DNA from: an uncultured Pseudomonadales bacterium
GTDB lineage: Bacteria; Patescibacteriota; Microgenomatia; UBA1400; Chazhemtobacteraceae
NCBI GenBank assembly: GCA_964422035.1
Contig: CAYQZQ010000001.1
Coordinates: 651,786-715,785, forward strand
Reading direction: 5' to 3'
DNA: 64,000 bases
The notes under the pieces were generated by a model. The model ran no database searches, was not told where the DNA came from, and saw nothing but the letters and a program-made list of their open reading frames with translations. Shown in pieces: positions 46,023 to 55,141 of this stretch (within the stretch, counting starts at the first letter, position 1; each line of letters opens with the position of its first letter). Both the position numbers and the translations under genes were made by a program.

Positions 46023-47912
46023 TTATCCTACTTCTTGTGATTCTTTCCAATCACAGTAGTCAAAGATTTCACAACTATCATCATAGTGGTTTCCACCAAA
46101 TAGTGTTCCTTCCTCATGGGCTATACCACAGATATCTTTAAATTCTCTAAACGGTTTTTGAGTAAGAAGCCTACCCTGCCAAGTTGGTGGTTCACAATCT
46201 AATGCACATAGTTCCGCAAGATACGCATCTGACCACTTCCAAGCAGTAGCTTCTTTTTCACTTACTCTATCATCACCGTTAGTATCTGCTGCAAAAGGCA
46301 CATAAGGATTACAATAAGTCACCCAGTGTCCTCTAACAGTACGAACATAGGTGTATAGCCAACGACCTGTCCACCTGGAGGCACACTCTTCTTCGTAAAG
46401 TTTTGTTACACCTTCAGTTGTACCTTCGTCTACAAAACAAACTGCTCCTGTTCCTGCATCGACAAAGGTCTCAGTCCAATCACTGGCAATATACTGTTTG
46501 CCTTTCCTGAATTTCTTACCATTCAGGTCGTTAATCCAGTCACCCCATTCAGGTTCACCTACATTGTGTGGATTGGTATAAACTTTTCCTTCAGATACTA
46601 TATTTCCTTCAGAACATTCATCATAGCAACGTTCATCATAAGGAAACTCTTCACGTTCATTATACCAATCATCATCACAACCCCCCCCATTACGATCTAC
46701 CCATTCGACCCAACCAACGAAGACATTGGAGCAACGTCCACATTGCTCATTCTCGTAGGACTTTGTGTCTGTTTCTTCCCCGCTGGTTGTATCACATATA
46801 TGATCTGGGTCTCTCAAATCGGGTGTCACCGTAGTGTAAGTACGGGTACGGACGAATTGCTGGTTAGCGTCATCTTCTACCCACGCTGACCATTCTCCGT
46901 ATGTAGTAACTGGATCACCTAATTCATCGCAGACAGTGTAGCAGTCTTCAACAGAGAAGTTGCCACGCATGGCATCAAGAAGAACATCTGATCCTCCACC
47001 AGATGGTGAGTACCATAGTTCTATATCTCCAGAATGGCTTCCACCACCCAAAACCCAGGTGTCGTTGTGGGGACCGGGTTCGTTATATTGACGGGTGTTC
47101 CCATCAATGATTACATTCATGTAAACGGAGCCGTCACCGATGTTCTGAAGATTTCTGGCTTCAAAGTTTAAAGACCATTCTCGACCGCCTTCAACACATT
47201 CTCCCGAAAGCACTTCTCGCCATATCGAGCCACTTGGTTCTGGTAGTGGTCGAGTTTCCTCATCCACTCCTTCGTTACAAACGATTTGTTGATCTTGGGC
47301 GTCGTAGTAAGTGACTGTTCTGGTTCGGAATTCGATTCCCTCATCCAAATCAGCTTCCCACTCAGACCATTCACCATAGACCGGATCACCAACCTCATCA
47401 CAGGTTTCGTAGGGGATCACACAGCCAGCAGCAAGTATTTCTGCTCCGGTGTGTCCTTCCCACTCAGTGTCCATGTTTTTACCTGGATAGCTGTTGGTTA
47501 TAGGACGGTCTTGGCAACCCCAATCCCAACCACATTTTCCAGGTTTCCAATCAGACCAACCCCAATCCCAACCACATTTTCCAGGTTTCCAATCAGACCA
47601 ACCCCAACCCCAACTCCAACTCCATTCAAGAGTTTTATGTTCCCATCCAACTATATAGTCGAATGGTGGGATGATATCAGCAGCATGGTTATCGTGGCCC
47701 TGTTGGAGGATGGCGTGTCCGCTTATGTTCATCGGATTCCAGCCATTTGCTGCAGTATCTGGAGGATGTGCGTGACAGATATCAACTTTGTCACCACCAC
47801 CGCCAGTAGCGAAGGCTGTAGTTGTAAGTGCAAGTGCTACAAAAAGCACTGCTACCACAACATACAGGTACTTCTTTTGGAGTAAGGTTTTCATACTTTG
47901 TTTTCCTCCCAT
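46023..47912 (-). CDS. large secreted Trp/Cys/Asp/Glu-rich repeat protein
   Basis: Signal peptide MKTLLQKKYLYVVVAVLFVALALTTTAFA. Contains WSWSWGWGWSDWKPGKCGWDWGWSDWKPGKCGWDWG. Many Cys. Strong RBS GGGAGGA upstream. Confidence 0.6.
   Translation of the reverse strand: MGGKQSMKTLLQKKYLYVVVAVLFVALALTTTAFATGGGGDKVDICHAHPPDTAANGWNPMNISGHAILQQGHDNHAADIIPPFDYIVGWEHKTLEWSWSWGWGWSDWKPGKCGWDWGWSDWKPGKCGWDWGCQDRPITNSYPGKNMDTEWEGHTGAEILAAGCVIPYETCDEVGDPVYGEWSEWEADLDEGIEFRTRTVTYYDAQDQQIVCNEGVDEETRPLPEPSGSIWREVLSGECVEGGREWSLNFEARNLQNIGDGSVYMNVIIDGNTRQYNEPGPHNDTWVLGGGSHSGDIELWYSPSGGGSDVLLDAMRGNFSVEDCYTVCDELGDPVTTYGEWSAWVEDDANQQFVRTRTYTTVTPDLRDPDHICDTTSGEETDTKSYENEQCGRCSNVFVGWVEWVDRNGGGCDDDWYNEREEFPYDERCYDECSEGNIVSEGKVYTNPHNVGEPEWGDWINDLNGKKFRKGKQYIASDWTETFVDAGTGAVCFVDEGTTEGVTKLYEEECASRWTGRWLYTYVRTVRGHWVTYCNPYVPFAADTNGDDRVSEKEATAWKWSDAYLAELCALDCEPPTWQGRLLTQKPFREFKDICGIAHEEGTLFGGNHYDDSCEIFDYCDWKESQEVG
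47521..47604. repeat. perfect 42-bp tandem duplication (2 units) inside the secreted-protein gene, encoding GWSDWKPGKCGWDW x2
   Basis: 47521..47562 is identical to 47563..47604. Confidence 0.9.
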
Positions 47913-47958
47913 TCTCTAAGTGTTTCTCTTCACTAGTTTCTTTCTCTTTATCCCCCTT

Positions 47959-47975
47959 TGTTGGTCTAAGACCAA
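47959..47975. promoter_or_regulatory. 17-bp palindrome GTTGGTCT-A-AGACCAAC about 45 nt upstream of the secreted-protein start; candidate operator
   Basis: Perfect 8-bp arms with a 1-nt spacer. Lies in a 510-bp AT-rich divergent intergenic region. Confidence 0.4.
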
Positions 47976-48425
47976 CCGACATGGAAATTAACATCAGTAT
48001 TACCTTATTCTAATCACCTCCTAGGTGTCGTACATATTTTTTTGCTTTTTCTGTTGTTAAAGTACTAGGTATGTTTTTATAAGTATTGAGGTAGTATGGG
48101 TGACATACCTATAGGGTAAAAATACAATAAAAGTTATTAAATGTCAATAATGGTCACTATATAGAATAGATTTATAGATTTTGCTATTTCAGAAAAGAAC
48201 CTGTTGTCAAAATATTTTCAGGCAGTTTTTATAGCTTTTTTTAAATTTTCAAATGCTACTACATTATCACTTTATACTCCCGAACCTCATGAATTATAGG
48301 TTTTTGTTTGTTGATTGTAGGAATCTTTTTATTACAGCTTGATTTTTGAAAAGAGATTACCTCAGTCATTTTTTTGTTTGAAGTGGTGACTTGTATAATG
48401 AAGTTATTGTTAATTAAAGATAAAT

Positions 48426-48806
48426 ATGAGTGGATTTTATACAAAGCTAGAAAAGGAAACGGTTGAGAATGAAAATTTTAGAAAGGTGTTGTTTACGGCT
48501 GCTCACAGCCAGCTGGTGTTGATGAGCTTGAAGCCCGGTGAAGATATTGGGATGGAGGTTCACGGTGATGATGATCAGTTTATTAGGGTTGATGGAGGAG
48601 TGGGGAAGGCGATAATAGGGGAGGAAGAGTTTGATTTGGAGGATGGAGATGCTATTGTGGTGCCGGCGGGAGAGAGGCATAATGTTGTAAATGTTTCAGA
48701 AGATGAGGAGTTAAAGCTTTATACAATTTATTCTCCTGCTCATCATGAGGATGGGACAGTCCATGTAACTAAAAAAGAAGCAATGGAGGCTGAGGAAGAC
48801 CATTAA
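48426..48806 (+). CDS. cupin-2 domain protein
   Basis: GEDIGMEVHGDDDQFIRVDGGVGKAIIGEEEF...VVPAGERHNVVN. TGTATAAT extended -10 about 25 nt upstream. Confidence 0.6.
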   Translation: MSGFYTKLEKETVENENFRKVLFTAAHSQLVLMSLKPGEDIGMEVHGDDDQFIRVDGGVGKAIIGEEEFDLEDGDAIVVPAGERHNVVNVSEDEELKLYTIYSPAHHEDGTVHVTKKEAMEAEEDH

Positions 48807-48922
48807 TTGGTGGTTTGATTGTCATCGGGCAGGCTGGATGTTATAATTGTGAACGTTAGTGTTTAGAGTATCTTTTTGGAATTTTTCTTAAAAGAGCATT
48901 TTTTGAGAGGTGGTGAGACATT

Positions 48923-49177
48923 GTGAACAACAAATTATTCGTAGGTAACCTTGACTGGGGAATGACAGATGAAGATCTGGGTAAATTATTTTCTCAGTAC
49001 GGTGACGTAGAAGAAGCAGTAGTAATTACTGAACGAGGTAGTACTCGTTCTCGCGGCTTCGGTTTTGTAACCATGAAGACAGAAGATGGTGCTAAAAAAG
49101 CTAAAGAAGAGTTAGATGGTAAAGACCATGAAGGTAGAGAGCTTAGAGTAAACGAAGCAAAACCTAAATCTGAATAA
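48923..49177 (+). CDS. RRM-type RNA-binding protein
   Basis: RNP-2 LFVGNL and RNP-1 RGFGFVTM. Confidence 0.8.
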   Translation: MNNKLFVGNLDWGMTDEDLGKLFSQYGDVEEAVVITERGSTRSRGFGFVTMKTEDGAKKAKEELDGKDHEGRELRVNEAKPKSE

Positions 49178-49245
49178 GATTTATAAAAATAGAATTAGGC
49201 AGGGTGTAATGCTCTGCCTTTTCTATATCTTAAAAGTGAAGATTT

Positions 49246-50196
49246 TTAGGTTTGTCCGAGGATGAAGATTTCCAGTTTGGGAGTGAGGTGGTATTTTTGC
49301 TTGATCTTTTGTTTTATTAGCTTGATAAGTTTTTGAACATCTTGGCAGGTGGCGTTGTTTTGATTGACAATAAAGTTGGCGTGTTTGGTAGAGATTTGTG
49401 CTCCACCAATTGTTTTGCCTTTAAGATTGGCTTGATCGATAAGGTAGCCAGTTGATTGGGTGGGTGAGTTAATTTTTTGGGCTTGTTTTTGGGTGATGTT
49501 TTGGAATATGCAGCCTGAGGAGGGCATATTTAAAGGCTGGGTGTCGACTCTTCTTTTAACTGCTTTTTTGCCTATTTTGGTTAGATTGTCGTGATTGCCT
49601 TTTTTAAGTTTGAAAGTGGCTGAGAGGACGATGTCTTTTGTTTGGTGGAGGATGGAGTAGTCGTAGGCGAAGCGCATTTGTTTTTTAGTATAGGTTTTGA
49701 TGGTTTGGGAAGGAGTGATAACTTTTACTTTTTGAACATAATCTCCGATGAGCTTGTTTAGGTGATGGGAGTTGTTATATATGGCAGCGCCGATTGTGCC
49801 TGGTAAGCCTAGGAATGAGGCTAGACCCTTTAGACCGCTTTTTATGGTGTATTGAATGAGTTTGTTGGTGGGAAGCCCAGATTGGGCTTGGATGAGGGTG
49901 TAGGGGGTGTCGGGAAGCTTAGAAGAGGTGATTTTAGTGGTTTTGTTTTTGATAATAAGGCCTCGGAAGCCCTTGTCGGTGACAAGCACGTTTGAGCCTG
50001 AGCCAAGCACCTGAAAGGGAACTTGATGTTTGGTGGCTAAATTAACGGCTTTGATGAGTTGTTTTTGTGTTTTGGCAGGGTAAAAAAGATCAGCCGGGCC
50101 GCCTATTTTGAAGTAGGTATGGGTTTTTAGGGGAATGTTGGTTTGAAGTTGAGGAGCAAGGGCGTCTATAAGTGGCTGATATTGGCTGTTTTTCAT
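49246..50196 (-). CDS. murB: UDP-N-acetylenolpyruvoylglucosamine reductase
   Basis: FKIGGPADLF and LGSGSNVLV FAD-binding motifs. Confidence 0.75.
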   Translation of the reverse strand: MKNSQYQPLIDALAPQLQTNIPLKTHTYFKIGGPADLFYPAKTQKQLIKAVNLATKHQVPFQVLGSGSNVLVTDKGFRGLIIKNKTTKITSSKLPDTPYTLIQAQSGLPTNKLIQYTIKSGLKGLASFLGLPGTIGAAIYNNSHHLNKLIGDYVQKVKVITPSQTIKTYTKKQMRFAYDYSILHQTKDIVLSATFKLKKGNHDNLTKIGKKAVKRRVDTQPLNMPSSGCIFQNITQKQAQKINSPTQSTGYLIDQANLKGKTIGGAQISTKHANFIVNQNNATCQDVQKLIKLIKQKIKQKYHLTPKLEIFILGQT

Positions 50197-51581
50197 GTTC
50201 TTTGATACAAAATGGCGGTTTCGTCTTGATAGATTTCTTCCCAGGGTGTCTGAGAGTTTTTAAGCTTAAGATCAAGGAAGGTACCTGGGGGAATGAGAAG
50301 ATAATCAATTTTGTATTGATCAAGCAGTTTTTGATAATTTGGCTGGGCTTGGATGATTTGAAGATGGATTCTATAAGGATATTTCCCTGAGGGATGAGGG
50401 CGGGCGGGGATATGACCGGCTATGAAGGGCAGGCTGTCGGGTAGTTGCCAGGTTAGGTAGCCTCCCCAGCGGTAGAAATTAAAGATGCGGCCGGAGAAGT
50501 TGTTTTGTTGAATAAAATCGATGGCTTGGCAGGGGTGATTAATCTTGCCTTGATGGCAGTAGTTGTTTGGGTTTGAGTTGTAGCGGATGGTGCGGGGGAG
50601 AATAAGGGTGAGGGAGACAATAAAGCCTGTTATGAGGATGAAGTTGGTGAGAGACTTGGCTTTTTTTAGGGAGACAAGCCGGGAAAGGGATAGTGATTGG
50701 ATAAAAAAGAATATTGTGAGGTTACGTCGGGCGGAGATGGATAAGTAGAGGGCTGAAAGGGTAGCTAGGGCCCAGAAGAGGTGTTTTTTAATGTTCTGGG
50801 CGGGTTTTTGGAAGAAGATGATCAGATAGGTGAGGAAAAAATAAGCAATCAGGAGCTTAATAGAGAGAGAGGGCGGCGTCCATTCGGCGATCATTTTATC
50901 TAAGGGAGAGAGAGTAGTAATAAAGACATGGGTGTAGTTTTGTAGTTTATGGGGGTTGATGATGGGGGCAAGAAAGGCGGGTATTGACAAGAGGATGGGT
51001 AACCAGGGTGGAGATTTTTTGTTGACAAGAGATATTATTATTTTTGTAAAGTAGTAGAGACCAACGAGAAGTAGGCCGTAAAAATATGATCCATGGAAGT
51101 TGCTCCATAATACAAATAAAGTGAATAGTGATAGAGAGTAAGTAAAGGGTTTTTTGACTTTTTTAAATATATAGAACAGTAGAGAGAGAAAGAGAAGGGC
51201 AGTGATCTGACCACGAAGGCCGTAGCGGAAGGTAAACCAGCCGCCTACGGTAGTAATAAGAGCTATGAAGGTGGTTTTGGTGGTGTCTTTATCAAAAAGG
51301 AGCCAGATGACAAAGAAACTACTAGTTATAAATAGAGAGTTGATAATGCTAAGTCCCCAGAAACCAAGATGGCGATAGAGAAAGGCTATTAAAGGTTGAT
51401 AAAGGGTGTAGGAGTTTGGCCAGGGTTGATTGTGTAGAAGGACGGTAAGAGTGTTTTTGAGTAAGGGTTGGCCGTGATCTAGAAAATGTTGACCAAAACG
51501 TATGTGCCAGCCAAGATCAGCACCTTGGGCGGGTAGAAGGTAAGTTATAAATATGGTGATGAAGAGAAACAGGCTAGACAT
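50193..51581 (-). CDS. large polytopic membrane protein (possible membrane glycosyltransferase/ligase-like)
   Basis: At least 10 TM segments. Overlaps murB and the sulfotransferase gene by a few nt. Confidence 0.4.
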   Translation of the reverse strand: MSSLFLFITIFITYLLPAQGADLGWHIRFGQHFLDHGQPLLKNTLTVLLHNQPWPNSYTLYQPLIAFLYRHLGFWGLSIINSLFITSSFFVIWLLFDKDTTKTTFIALITTVGGWFTFRYGLRGQITALLFLSLLFYIFKKVKKPFTYSLSLFTLFVLWSNFHGSYFYGLLLVGLYYFTKIIISLVNKKSPPWLPILLSIPAFLAPIINPHKLQNYTHVFITTLSPLDKMIAEWTPPSLSIKLLIAYFFLTYLIIFFQKPAQNIKKHLFWALATLSALYLSISARRNLTIFFFIQSLSLSRLVSLKKAKSLTNFILITGFIVSLTLILPRTIRYNSNPNNYCHQGKINHPCQAIDFIQQNNFSGRIFNFYRWGGYLTWQLPDSLPFIAGHIPARPHPSGKYPYRIHLQIIQAQPNYQKLLDQYKIDYLLIPPGTFLDLKLKNSQTPWEEIYQDETAILYQRT

Positions 51582-52542
51582 TTTTCCAGGATGATAAATC
51601 AGTGTTAATTAGTTTTTCGAGTTTATTGATGTCTTTTTTGTAGTATTGGTATAACTTGTTTTTTACGGGCTGGCTTAGAGGAGGTTTGGTAGTGGGGGTG
51701 AGGTTGAGGTGGTGATAAAGGTTGTAAAGGCGTCGATGTCTGCTTAGTTTGTGATGAAGTTGTTTGAGTTTAAGTTTTTCTAAGGTGTTAAGAAGGGTAA
51801 AGCTTAAATTTTTTATAAGTGGGGATTTTGTTTTGACAGCAGAATGGCGTTTTTTGTTAAGACTTGGGGGTGAAAAGGAAGAGTCGACTTGTAGAAAGTT
51901 GTAAGCTTGTTTGATCAGGTCTTTGGGGTTGTTGATAACTTGATCGTAAAGGAAAACTTGAATATTTTTGGAAGGAAAATGGTGGTAATAGGCTTGTAAG
52001 TGTTGATGATAAAGACCCCAGGGGAGGCGGAGTTTTTGAGTATTGTTTTGTAAAATAGCTTGCTGGAAGTCTGGAGGGACTTGGGTGTGTACTAAGGCTT
52101 TGAGGTGATGGTAGGCGGAGTAAATCATGTCGACTGGGTTTCGCAAGATGGCAATGATTTTGATGTTTGGGAAGTGTTTTTTGATTCTAAAAGGAGCTTT
52201 GGGGTCAGCAAGGTAAGCGACGCTGAATTCTCCTTTGGTTTGGTTGGGTTTTGACCAGTTAAAGTTATCTAGATACCAGTTAATGCCTTTTAAGTAACGG
52301 TCTTTTTGTGAGTAGTTTCTGCGGAATAGAGATTGACTGAAGAAATTTTGCTCTTTATCTAGAGGGTGAAGTTTGTTTTGATTGTGCTTGGTGGGGAAGG
52401 AGATTTGAGGGTGTTCGTATAGGCATTGGCTAAGCCAGGTTGAGGCGCTTCTGGGAGCGCCGATGCCTATAAAGTTAATTTGTCTTTTGGGAGACATAAG
52501 GTATTTTAGCAAGTGATAGAATCTTGTTATGAAGAAAGGCAA
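51574..52542 (-). CDS. sulfotransferase-family protein
   Basis: 5'-PSB-like IGIGAPRSASTWL and 3'-PB-like RNPVDMIYS. Confidence 0.55.
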   Translation of the reverse strand: MPFFITRFYHLLKYLMSPKRQINFIGIGAPRSASTWLSQCLYEHPQISFPTKHNQNKLHPLDKEQNFFSQSLFRRNYSQKDRYLKGINWYLDNFNWSKPNQTKGEFSVAYLADPKAPFRIKKHFPNIKIIAILRNPVDMIYSAYHHLKALVHTQVPPDFQQAILQNNTQKLRLPWGLYHQHLQAYYHHFPSKNIQVFLYDQVINNPKDLIKQAYNFLQVDSSFSPPSLNKKRHSAVKTKSPLIKNLSFTLLNTLEKLKLKQLHHKLSRHRRLYNLYHHLNLTPTTKPPLSQPVKNKLYQYYKKDINKLEKLINTDLSSWKNV

Positions 52543-53332
52543 AAGAGTTGGTCTGGCATTAAGCTGTGGGGGTTGGAGGGGCTTGTCTTATGTGGGAGTG
52601 ATCAAGAAGTTGGAAAAGATTGGGGTGGAGATTGATGCAATAGTGGGAAGCAGTGCGGGTGCGATGATTGGGGGAATGTATGCTTTGAGGCAAGATATTG
52701 GTGAGATTGAAGAATATTTTTTGAAGTTAAGATACAGAGATTTATTGCGAGCTTTTAGTGATCCTTTTGCAAGGACGGGTTTGTTTAAAGGGGAGAAAAC
52801 AGAGAAATATTTAAGGGGAATGCTCGGTGAAGTAAAAATTGAAGACTTGAGCATTGAATTTGCAGCAGTGGCGACTAATATCTTAAGAGGGGAGTCGGTG
52901 GTGATAGACAAGGGGGATTTAGTATCAGCGGTGAGAGCGTCCGGTTCTTTGCCTTTTATATTTGAACCAGTTGAGTATCGGGGGGTGAAGTTAGTTGATG
53001 GGGGTGCTTCGATGCCTATTCCAGTGGAAGTAGCTAAAAGTATGGGGGTTGATGTGGTGATCGCGGTTAATCCATATGGTAATTTGTTTTCTGGGTTGGA
53101 GGAAGGGGGAAGAAGTTTGTCAAGACTGGAGATGGTGAAGTTGACTTATTATTCTGTTATGAGCAGATTGGCGTATGAGAATGCAAAAAAAGCAGATGTG
53201 GTGTTGGAGCCGAAAATTAAAGAAGGGAGTTTTGGAATTTTTAGAAAGTTTGTGGATAATCCTACAGTAATAGAGGATGGGGTGAGAGCGGTGATTGAAA
53301 ACGAAGAAAAAATTAAAAAGATGTGTTTTTAA
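52529..53332 (+). CDS. patatin-like phospholipase
   Basis: GGWRG oxyanion motif, GSSAG nucleophile, VDGG. Confidence 0.75.
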   Translation: MKKGKRVGLALSCGGWRGLSYVGVIKKLEKIGVEIDAIVGSSAGAMIGGMYALRQDIGEIEEYFLKLRYRDLLRAFSDPFARTGLFKGEKTEKYLRGMLGEVKIEDLSIEFAAVATNILRGESVVIDKGDLVSAVRASGSLPFIFEPVEYRGVKLVDGGASMPIPVEVAKSMGVDVVIAVNPYGNLFSGLEEGGRSLSRLEMVKLTYYSVMSRLAYENAKKADVVLEPKIKEGSFGIFRKFVDNPTVIEDGVRAVIENEEKIKKMCF

Positions 53333-53510
53333 GTGGAATGGTAAAAGCTTTATAGAGAGGCAACTTTTGTTGTATTTGAGTAAATATAGTCAGGTTGAAT
53401 ATAAGGGTGTAAAAAAGGCGAAAACAGGCCATGTGTGTGAAAAATTATAAGAGAAAGTGAGGAGAGTTTGATATAATAAGGGAGTTAGAAAATTAATAAA
53501 GGAGGGGTAG

Positions 53511-54023
53511 ATGGCTAAAAAAGTTAAATTTAAAAGAGGTGACTTGGTTGTTGATAAAGGGAGAGTTTATAAGATTTTTAAAGTGAGAAAAAGAGAGGGC
53601 GATGAGGGTGAAGAGCAAAGAATTGTCCACTACAGACCACTTTTTGAGAATAGAAAAAATGAAACCCTTGAAGTTTCAATACCGGCGGAAAATATGAAGA
53701 AGAGTGGAATTAGAAAGCCGGTAACTAAAAAAAAGATGAAAGAGTATCTTAAGAGCCTGGAAGAGCTTAAAGATATTGACAAGAGATTGAATATTAAAAG
53801 TGCCAAGGCAGTTTTGGGTGATAATGATATTGATGAAACTGTGGAAATGCTTAGAATGTCTTGGGCTGATAAGCTAAATGAGGAGGTGAACTTTACAACC
53901 AGCAAAAGAAGGGTGTTTAAGCGACTTAAAAGTAGAATTGCGGCTGAGATGGCAGCCATTATGGATATAAGCTTAAATGATGCTCAGAAAAAGATTAATG
54001 AAGCTCTGAGTAAGGCTAAGTAA
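53511..54023 (+). CDS. CarD/CdnL-family RNAP-binding regulator
   Basis: N-terminal FKRGDLVVDKGRVYKI Tudor-like domain, plus a helical C-terminus. Confidence 0.5.
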   Translation: MAKKVKFKRGDLVVDKGRVYKIFKVRKREGDEGEEQRIVHYRPLFENRKNETLEVSIPAENMKKSGIRKPVTKKKMKEYLKSLEELKDIDKRLNIKSAKAVLGDNDIDETVEMLRMSWADKLNEEVNFTTSKRRVFKRLKSRIAAEMAAIMDISLNDAQKKINEALSKAK

Positions 54024-54043
54024 TTGCTTGTTAAAATGAAGTT

Positions 54044-54355
54044 ATGAAGTTACAGATTGTCTGGCATGAGATTGACAGGGATCAGTCTGAAGAGAATTTA
54101 GTTGTGGAGAAGCTAGCCCCTCTTGATAAGTTATTGGCAGATTGGGAAGAAGAGCTGAAAGAAGCAGTGGTAAGAATTGAGGAGGGGGCAAGATGGGGTT
54201 ATAAGATTAGTTTTAATATGAGGATTGGACAAAAAGATATTTATGCCGAAGCTCATGAAGATGAATTGGTGAATGCAGTTGTGGCTGTTAGAGAAAAAGT
54301 TGAAAGGCAGATTAAAGAAGTTAAGGAGGACTTGGGTTGGAAAGGAAGATCTTGA
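54044..54355 (+). CDS. hpf: ribosome hibernation factor (HPF/RaiA short form)
   Basis: About 100 aa with the beta-alpha-beta-beta-beta-alpha pattern and a conserved AEA.ED.Y.A.D motif. Confidence 0.65.
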   Translation: MKLQIVWHEIDRDQSEENLVVEKLAPLDKLLADWEEELKEAVVRIEEGARWGYKISFNMRIGQKDIYAEAHEDELVNAVVAVREKVERQIKEVKEDLGWKGRS

Positions 54356-54385
54356 CTGAGAAGAATGTAGTGTTAGACTTTAAAT

Positions 54386-55141
54386 ATGAAGAATATAAAT
54401 GAGATTGTCTTATTGTTTTTAGGTGCTGTTTTATTGGTAGGGACGGCTCTGCTGGGTACATATATATTTCCTTGGCAAGATTTGAAATGGGGAAGCTTGA
54501 AAATGGCACAGGAAAGAACAATTACGGTAAGTGGAGAGGCTATGAGGCAAGAGCAAAATCAAGTAGCACAGTTTTCAGCAGGAGTAAGGGCAATAGAAGA
54601 TGATAAAGAGGTGGCAATAGAGAAGGTAAATCAAGCAGTAGCTGAGATTATAAAGAGGGTGAAAGATTTTGGGGTAAAAGAAGAGGATATTAAGACTCAA
54701 AGCTTGAGTGTGCATCAGACTGAGGATAGGTACTGGGATGAGGACAGTGGTAGTTATAAGGATAGGTCCGGTCAATGGAGGGTGAATAACACGGTTGAAA
54801 TTACGCTAAGAGAGGTAGATAGAGTTTCTCAAATGACTGATTTGTTATCAGAGTCAGGAGCAACAAATGTGTATGGACCAAATCTGAGAGTTGATAGTAG
54901 TCAGAAATTAGGAGATGGCTTGTTAAGCTTGGCGGTGGCTGATGCTAGAAATAAGGCTGAAGGGTTAGCAAATCAGATGGGAGTCAGGTTGGGTGAGGTG
55001 GTTAGAGTAGTTGAGGAAGGTACTACGTCGGATAGAAGTGTGGTGCCATTAATGGAAGCAGGAGCGGGAGGAGGAGCACCAATTGAGCCAGGGAGTACTA
55101 GGGTCAGTAAGTCAGTGACAGTGGTGTTTGAGATTAAATAA
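54386..55141 (+). CDS. SIMPL/DUF541-family periplasmic protein
   Basis: N-terminal TM segment, ITVSGEA...Q motif, typical length. Confidence 0.55.
   Translation: MKNINEIVLLFLGAVLLVGTALLGTYIFPWQDLKWGSLKMAQERTITVSGEAMRQEQNQVAQFSAGVRAIEDDKEVAIEKVNQAVAEIIKRVKDFGVKEEDIKTQSLSVHQTEDRYWDEDSGSYKDRSGQWRVNNTVEITLREVDRVSQMTDLLSESGATNVYGPNLRVDSSQKLGDGLLSLAVADARNKAEGLANQMGVRLGEVVRVVEEGTTSDRSVVPLMEAGAGGGAPIEPGSTRVSKSVTVVFEIK

Noticed and set aside
47286-47885. 199-aa plus-strand ORF rich in Thr/Pro repeats
   Set aside because: It is antisense to the signal-peptide-bearing, RBS-preceded 629-aa secreted protein gene. The repeat mirrors the 42-bp duplication on the other strand.
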